Shown: one piece after another, positions 55,267 to 64,000 of the stretch
Numbering within the stretch: the first letter of the stretch is position 1
How the letters are laid out: each line of letters starts with the position of its first letter
NCBI GenBank assembly: GCA_951406725.2
Contig: OX597817.1
Coordinates: 13,826,001 to 13,890,000 of the forward strand
From: Octopus vulgaris
Taxonomy: Eukaryota
DNA: 64,000 nt
Direction: 5' to 3'
Notes under the pieces: generated by a model
Seen by the model: only the letters and a program-made list of their open reading frames with translations
What the model was told of the DNA's origin: nothing
Database searches by the model: none
Translations under genes and position numbers: made by a program

Positions 55267-55913
55267 CTAGCTTCAAAGCCGCACTCCGTACGGACTTTTA
55301 AGCTAGCTCTTGCGAAGGGCTAAATGGGACTGTGGCCTAAAACTAAATAGAGTAATAATGATAAAGCATTTATTGGTACCCTACCAACATGGTATTACTT
55401 TAAATTTAGTTTAAATGATAAACATGTGAGTTCACAAATTTTTAGAGTTCTTTTAAAAATTTAATTTTCAGGCGTAAGAGTGGCTGTGTTATATTTATGG
55501 AAATGGAAAGAAAAGGCTTGTAAATTTCCTGTCTGTCTTACCAGCATAGACAGTGTTTTATTAACCCGGAAAGGAAATTTACGACAACCCTGTTCAAACA
55601 TATCTAGGTTATAAGAATGAGTGTGAGAGGGAGAGATAGATAGATAGATAGAGAGATAAATAGATAGGTAGAGAGAGAGAGAGAGCCACATGGTTCCGGA
55701 TTCAGTAAAAGAGTAACTGTTAGCATAAAACAAAATCCTCATCTGGCCATAATGTTGGATGTTCAAGAACCAAATGAAGGGCAGAATTTCAATCCCAGGA
55801 TCATCCTGATTCCAAAAAGGTATAATATGTCTATGCAGAGCAAGTGTAGACCGAGCTATAAGAATCCTGGATGGACGGACGAACAGACAGAATCTCGCGT
55901 TTATTATTATAGA
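55267..55913 (-). mobile_element. Older non-autonomous Helitron
   Basis: On the - strand: A|TCTATAATAATAAAC 5' end with (CTGT/CCGT) repeats, degenerate subterminal hairpin, CTAG|T 3' end. Confidence 0.65.
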
Positions 55914-56868
55914 TATAATCTTAATTATTTGCAGTTATACGTATATTTCTTCAATTCACTTGTCAAAAAGAAACTCGCCAAAAATAATTAGTGTACATTG
56001 CGGAGTATGGCTGTTAATGAATATTTATGCTCGTATGAAGTTAATCTCATATTCGGCTCTTTAAGGTAGTTTGTCGAATAAAGCAGTTTAGGATTTAAAA
56101 TGTATGTTTCCCGGACAGTTTTGTATTCAAATGTATATAATTGCTGGTTACATTTCCCGAAGTTAACGGTTTGCATCTATTCGTTTACTCTATAGATTTA
56201 TGCCACTGCTCAGAATAATTCAAAATTTATAAGAGCACTTTTGGTGAAAAATACCTTGCTAAAATTAGTTATAACGTATGCTCAGAAGTATGTATTTAAT
56301 CACCGAATATTTTGCTTCAAGGTAACTGAGTACATGCAACTATTTTGTCTGTGAACATTTCGGTACATGTATTCATTCCAGGCAGTTTTATACTAAACTC
56401 TCAGTGACAGCTGACTAAAGAGAAATACCGTCAATTTTACACAAGCTGAAGAGAGATATGTTTCTTGGCATAGAATGTTCTGCAGTGGGATAATTACTAT
56501 GAGGTAACACGACGTATATACATCCTTTATTAATGCTTTCTGTCCATACCTTGTCATAGCATCTTGTGTCATAGCATCGTATAATTAGTACCTTATATGA
56601 ACGTTTGTGGAGCACTTTCGGTGAAAAATGTGGAGCTAAAACTAAAAACTAATTTATGGCATACGCTGCAGTGTATGCCATATTTCCTACTATGTATAAC
56701 ATGTATGTATGTATTTATGTATATATGTATGTATGTATGTATGCATGCATTGATGGATGGATATTTGTATGCTTATATATCTATCTATATATATATATAT
56801 AAATGTGTGTGTATATAGTTATATATCTACACATACTCATGTGTATATATGTGGTGTACAGAGAGAAA

Positions 56869-56910
<42 letters not shown>

Positions 56911-56953
56911 TATATTATTACTTGATTGAATGCCAGCACCCATTTCCAAATAT

Positions 56954-57035
<82 letters not shown>

Positions 57036-57169
57036 TCTATGCCTGTGGAATTATTCAGTTTAACATTAAACTGTACGACTACTCAGTACACATTCATTAA
57101 ACTTCTATAGGAAGAGGGCTGACAGTGACTTCGAAGCTTCGGCCTGGTGACACATAATGACATAGAAAG

Positions 57170-57685
<516 letters not shown>

Positions 57686-58618
57686 TGTACTTCTACTCGT
57701 GGGGGTGTGAGCGCTTTCGTACACGTGTGTGTATGTTTGTTTGTGTCTATATGCATGTGTATGTGTGTATGTGTGTTTGCACGTTCATGTATACATTTAT
57801 ATGTGTATGTGTGTGTGTGTGTATGTGCGTGATTCTCTGTGTGTGTGTGTGCGTGTGTGTGAGCGTATACGTGAGTTTGTGTTTGTGTGTGTGTGTACGC
57901 GTGTGTATGCGTGAATTCATTAGCAACGTGCTTACAAAGAAAACCAAACATGTTTGTCATATACAACTCACAAAACGCCATTATCTTCACCTGCTAAATA
58001 TTACTTAATGCTCCTCGCTCACAGTTCAGCCACAAACTCGGCCACTCGACCGTACCGATAAACATTATCTAGCGATTATTTGCCTCCTTTGTATTAAAAT
58101 CATGTCTTCTTTTGACACCTCGGACTGAATGGAATATAATGAACATGCAAATGAATATACATCAGTACACGCACGCACGCACACACACATATAAATATAC
58201 TAACAAACACGCACTCGCGCACACACACTTTATATACACAAATGTAGTCACCCAAATGCAGTACACGCACACACACACATGCACACACTCACATATACAT
58301 ATACAGACTCACGCGCGCACACACAAATTTTATACACAAATGTAGTCTCCCAAATGTAGTATACACACACACACACGTGTGCACACATACACGCATGCAA
58401 ACAAATGAAACACACACACACTTGCACACGTATATACATACGCACATAAATTAAACACGCACTAGTACATATTTACACATATGTATCTAAATATACGCAT
58501 ACTCGCTTGACTATATACAATCATAAAGACATACACATACATACATTCATAAATGTATACATACATAAATATATATACATGCATACATTACCTCGTATAC
58601 ATACACACACACGTATAC

Positions 58619-58651
<33 letters not shown>

Positions 58652-58746
58652 CATACATACATACATACATAGTACATATACATACATGCATACATGCAAT
58701 GCATATATACATACATAAGTATGTATCTCTCTATATATATATACAC

Positions 58747-58791
<45 letters not shown>

Positions 58792-59358
58792 TACATACGT
58801 ATACAGACCCCTTTCTACTTAAGAAAGAAATAGTATAAACCGGGGTAGAAAGAATTGGAGTAGAAAAGAAAAACAATGAGAGAGAAAAAGAGGGATAAAG
58901 AGAGACAAGCAGAGATAAAGAGAGAAATAGAGAAGGAGAAGGGAAAGAGAGAAAGAGGGAAAAGGTTAAAGAGGAAAAAATGAGAGGGAGAAAGAAGCTA
59001 AAGACGAGAGAAACGCTAATGAATATTCATAAGCAACAGATTAAATAATGTGCATAAGTGGCTTATTTAGCAGCGGCCATTGTTAAATCTGGCTTTCACC
59101 TTTATCAGCGGATGTTATTTTCTTCGTTGGTCGTCTTAGCAGGCGAGGAGGTAAGGGGATAGTCAAGTTATTAAATATGATGCGATTTGATTATTCAGAC
59201 ACTTCAAGCCAGTTCCATCGGATGTATAGCGAATCCGTCAACAATTCCAACGAGGAATACAGAACAAAGACAAAGCTAATTCAGGTTTTGATTTGCCGTA
59301 GATTGGGACAAGATAATCCCTCAAAGAACGGGGTAGTAGAAGGAGAGAGAGAGAGAGT

Positions 59359-59406
<48 letters not shown>

Positions 59407-59499
59407 GTAAGAGACAAAGAAATGAGAGAAGAAAGTTATAGACGTAGAAAGATAAGAAACCGTGGGTATAGTTAATATATCAAAACATCGTAAGCTTCG

Positions 59500-59548
<49 letters not shown>

Positions 59549-59667
59549 ACACACACATACAGAATCACACACAAACACACAAACATACACATGCACAAGT
59601 ACATACATATACACACACATATTACGTATTCATTTGACGAGTCTCATTTGAAGAGTATCTTTTAGTC

Positions 59668-59880
59668 AGGAGGTGGAAATGAGTGTCCATGACCTTTACA
59701 GGGGACTCCAGACTTGTGGAGACCTGATCCTAGTGCTTGCAATAGAGTAGACTTCGCTAGAGGCACCCAAGGTGCCAGACATGGGGTTAAGTTGGGTCGC
59801 AGATTAAGTTTACCACCCTAAATTAAATCTCAAAAAGGCTAGAATAAAACAAGTCTCCTTTGAATCCCACCTCCACTGTC
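59668..59880 (+). mobile_element. Possible RTE-clade 5'UTR remnant
   Basis: cttgtggagacctgatcctag..gctagaggcacccaagg..gcagattaag resembles RTE/Expander 5'UTRs as recalled; not verified. Confidence 0.3.
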
Positions 59881-60224
59881 TAAGAATATGAGCCAAACGA
59901 TACTGTGGGTCCTTGATTACCGTTCAGTTTATGTTTGGCTATGATATATACATATATAAGGCTCCGGGCTGGCGGAATGGTTAGCACATCGGGCAAAATG
60001 CTTTGCAGCATTTCATCCGTCTTTACGTTGTGAGTTCAAATTCCGCGGGGTCAAATTTGCTTTTCATCCTTTAGCTGTGGACAAATTAAGTACCAGTGGA
60101 ACACTGAGGTCGACGTAACCGACTTACCCCTCTCCTAAAACTGCTAGCCTTGTGCTAATTTTTAATCTCAGAGGAAGAGTTTGGTTTTTCCGAATCTAGG
60201 TATCCTCTATGGGTAAGTATGTGC

Positions 60225-60323
<99 letters not shown>

Positions 60324-60514
60324 TACATATATATACACACATATATATGTGCGATGTTTTTATGTATGTGTATATATACGAGTATGTATGTATGTATGTA
60401 TGTATGTATGTATGTATATATCCATGTATCTATATCCCTTGCCGACATATAGCGGTGAAAAACATCGATGCGAAAATCGTTAAACCAGCCCAGTAAAATA
60501 TACATGTGTGTATG

Positions 60515-60548
<34 letters not shown>

Positions 60549-60889
60549 TGTATATATATATATATATATATACGACGGGCATCCTCACGGTTTCCACCTA
60601 CCAAGTTCATTCACAAGGCATTGTTCGGCCCTGTGCTATTATAGTAGAAAACACTAGCCCATGGTGCCGCCTAGTGAGACTGAACCCGAAACTGTATGTT
60701 TGCAAAAGCGAACTTTACTCCATCCGAATTGCACTGACACTCCCTTATTACTTTCACCATCGTGAATGCCATAAAACAATGGCTGGCACGCTGGAAACTT
60801 GCAACCAGCAATGCTATATCTATAAAAATGCGATATAAAATAGAAGTATTCTACATAATACTTACTAATACAAGCACAAATTTAAATGG

Positions 60890-61303
60890 TGGGATATACC
60901 TGGTTGGAACGATCCCAGTACTTGCTTAGCGCGTTGTTTTATTTACTCCTGAAGGATCCAAGGTAAAGATGATCTCGACAAGATTTGTATTCAGAAAAGA
61001 ATTCCCCAGACCAAATACCTATTTCTTTATTACCCACAAGGGGCTAAACACAGAGAGGACAAACAAGGACAGACATAGGTATTAAGTCGATTACATCGAC
61101 CCCAGTGCGTAACTGGTACTTAATTTATCGACCCCGAAAGGATGAAAGGCAAAGTCGACCTCGGCGGAATTTGAACTCACAACGTAATGCAGACGAAATA
61201 CCGCTAAGCATTTCGCCCGGCGTGCTAACGTTTCTGCCAGCTCACCGCCAAATACCGACGGACATTTCCTCTGACGCTCTTGCGATTCTGTCAATCATCG
61301 CCT
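60890..61303 (-). mobile_element. Young Nin/Deu SINE (61020-61249) nested in an old copy of the same family
   Basis: TSD CCAAATACC at 61011-61019 and 61248-61256; old head at 61257-61303, old body at 60890-61010. Confidence 0.92.
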
Positions 61304-61384
61304 TTATCTGATTCTATACAATGTTATACGTTGTTATATTTTTATGCTTCATGCTCTTCGCTAAGAAGTTTTTAGAAGTTAGTA

Positions 61385-61565
61385 AATCAATTGCTGATGT
61401 GGGAAACCAACACACAGAAAGCGACTAAGGGATCTTCCTGTCAGGACATTTATTGAGCAATTGGTTGGAGGCTCTGGTCTACTGAGGAACGATTTACCAA
61501 GAGTAATGCAGGAGAGGGAATTCTGGAGACAAGTGGTTGACGGTTTTCGTCTGTGAACGAAGCGG
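61385..61565 (+). pseudogene. 3' end of an RTE-clade LINE ORF
   Basis: With one frameshift: QLLMW/KPTHRKRLRDLPVRTFIEQLVGGSGLLRNDLPRVMQEREFWRQVV, like the RTE 'W.P.HGKR.RGRP..TY.D.L..D.G......AM.DR..WR' terminus. Confidence 0.7.
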
Positions 61566-61574
61566 TCAGACGGT

Positions 61575-61912
61575 GCGACCAATGTGGTAAGAGGTTTGCT
61601 TCGCAACCACATTGTTCTTAGCTCAGTCGCACTGTGTGGAACCTTAGGCAAGTGTCTTCTGCTGTAACCTCTAGCCGACCAAAGCCTTGTGAATGGATTT
61701 GGTACACGGAAACTGAAAGAAGCCTATCGTGTTTATATGTGTGTATGTGCGTGTGTTTATTGCCATCACCGCTTGACAACCGGTGCTGGTGTGTTTACAT
61801 CTCCAGCGATTCGGCAAAAGAGACCGATGAGACAAGTGCTGGGTCGATTCGTTCGACTAAAAATATTCAAGGCAGTACCCCAAAATGGCAGCAGTCTAAT
61901 GACTGAAACAAA
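61575..61912 (+). mobile_element. CORE-type SINE (diverged)
   Basis: Collinear with 35233-35645. Confidence 0.85.
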
Positions 61913-61931
61913 TATACATACATACATACAT

Positions 61932-61989
<58 letters not shown>

Positions 61990-62249
61990 TATAAACCATG
62001 ATATTAAATATGTAAACGTTAGAGCTATCTTTTATCTTTTACTCGATGCAGTCATTGGACTGCGGCCATGCTGGGGTACTGCCCTGAAGGGTTTAGCCGA
62101 ACAAATCGTCCCAGTACTATCTTGTTTGGTATTTACTCAATAGTATTTTACCAGACCGCTATGTAACGGCGGACAAACAAACTACAAGCACAAAAGTACA
62201 TAAACATATATATATACACAGACAAACATGTATGTATATATATATATAA

Positions 62250-62767
<518 letters not shown>

Positions 62768-62974
62768 CGACGGGTATCCTCATGGTTTCAACCTACCAAA
62801 TTCATTCACAAGGTATTGTTCGGTCCGGTGCTATTAAAGTAGAAAACAGTAGCCCATGGTGCCGCGCAGTGAGACTGAACCCGAAACTATATGTTTGCAA
62901 AAGCGAACTTATTAACCACACAGAGATACCTGCAATGGAAATTATGAGTTTAATTAATGATTGCCTTTTGAGCT

Positions 62975-63225
62975 TGATAAAAACGATTCCGCAACTTCTC
63001 GCCACCGACCAACTTGCACAGATGAGTTGTTTATGGTGATCAAATGCCTGTACTGTACATTAGCACACTCTTTCCATTCAATCGACATTGCCTGTACAGA
63101 AGTAATTGTAGAGTTATATGAAATAAAGTGTTTTGTTGAAGAACACAACACTACGGACCACCCGGTCCAGGAATCGAAACGACAATCTTGTAGTCGTGAG
63201 TGCAACACTCTAACTACGAGGCCAA
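62975..63225 (-). mobile_element. tRNA-derived SINE (degenerate)
   Basis: Head ggcctcgtagttagagtgttgcactcacga..gtttcgattcctggaccggg..gtgttgtgttcttcaacaaaacact. Confidence 0.75.
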
Positions 63226-63642
63226 ATTGAGGAACTGTTTCTGGGAAAGAGACAAAAAAACAACAACAACGAAAACTGCGCATTAAGTCAGCCTAAATCG
63301 TTTTAAATCAATTCCAGTTCAGGAATCAATCAGTCAATAGAACTGTGCAGACTGTAGGACTTGTTCTTACAGTCATTGATTATAGATGTACATCACCATT
63401 TTGTGTGTATGCGTGTATTCCTGGAGATAAATGAAGTAAATGTGAGATAGAGAGAGGGGGAGGGAGGGAGGGAGAGAGAGAATGAGTAAGAGACATTTGT
63501 GTATGCTATAGAGTTATTTTATGCAGTTATTTTACTTTGCAAATAGTGCTTAAAGAGTGATACAACACACATATGTAGTCGTATGTATATCTACCTATCT
63601 GCCTATCTGTGTGTATCAGTGTGTATATATACACGTATATTT

Positions 63643-63677
<35 letters not shown>

Positions 63678-64000
63678 CACACGCACACATACACTCACAC
63701 ATACACACATACACATTAAATGGGTGAATACGCCTCTGTATGGAACATTAAAAAGCTAAAGGAGGATCAGATATGCGGTGGAAAGAAAAATAATATTAGT
63801 CTACGAGAGATATGTTCTTCGTTTTTTTTTACTATTTTTTTATATACCTGATAAGCACGGGAGATAACATTGGACATGTTTTTGCTTCATTGAACTTCAT
63901 TAGCGAAAATGTAGCTTCGCCGTAACACTAAAATACCGAAATATCTGTTTGTTAGCGTAGAAAAAGACAATTGTGGAATTAAACGTGAGTTCGTAGTATG

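Overview
Eukaryotic, AT-rich, microsatellite-saturated non-coding DNA (intronic or intergenic). The SINE families, very long (TA)n/(GATA)n/(CA)n/(ATT)n/(CTT)n tracts and an invertebrate-code mitochondrial fragment point to an octopod genome (inference). I could not confidently identify a host protein-coding gene; nearly all long ORFs in the track are translations of simple repeats. Contents: dozens of tRNA-derived SINEs from at least four families (Nin/Deu-domain type, CORE type, others), three mariner derivatives, a DD37D (maT) fragment, a Tc1 fragment, three non-autonomous Helitrons, RTE-clade remnants, Penelope-type terminal repeats with minimal hammerhead ribozyme motifs, and an ND4 NUMT. 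Main signal: young Nin/Deu-type SINE copies repeatedly sit inside older copies of the same family at fixed internal sites (GGTATTT, AGAATCGTT) with target-site duplications. The same register defines head-less tandem arrays, including an 8 x 184 bp array with one head and one 14-bp TSD. Also seen: several short local (1-2 kb) templated duplications and a roughly 9.7 kb zone free of recognisable SINEs that may be regulatory. Family names come from motif recall, not a database search, and boundaries of degenerate copies are approximate.
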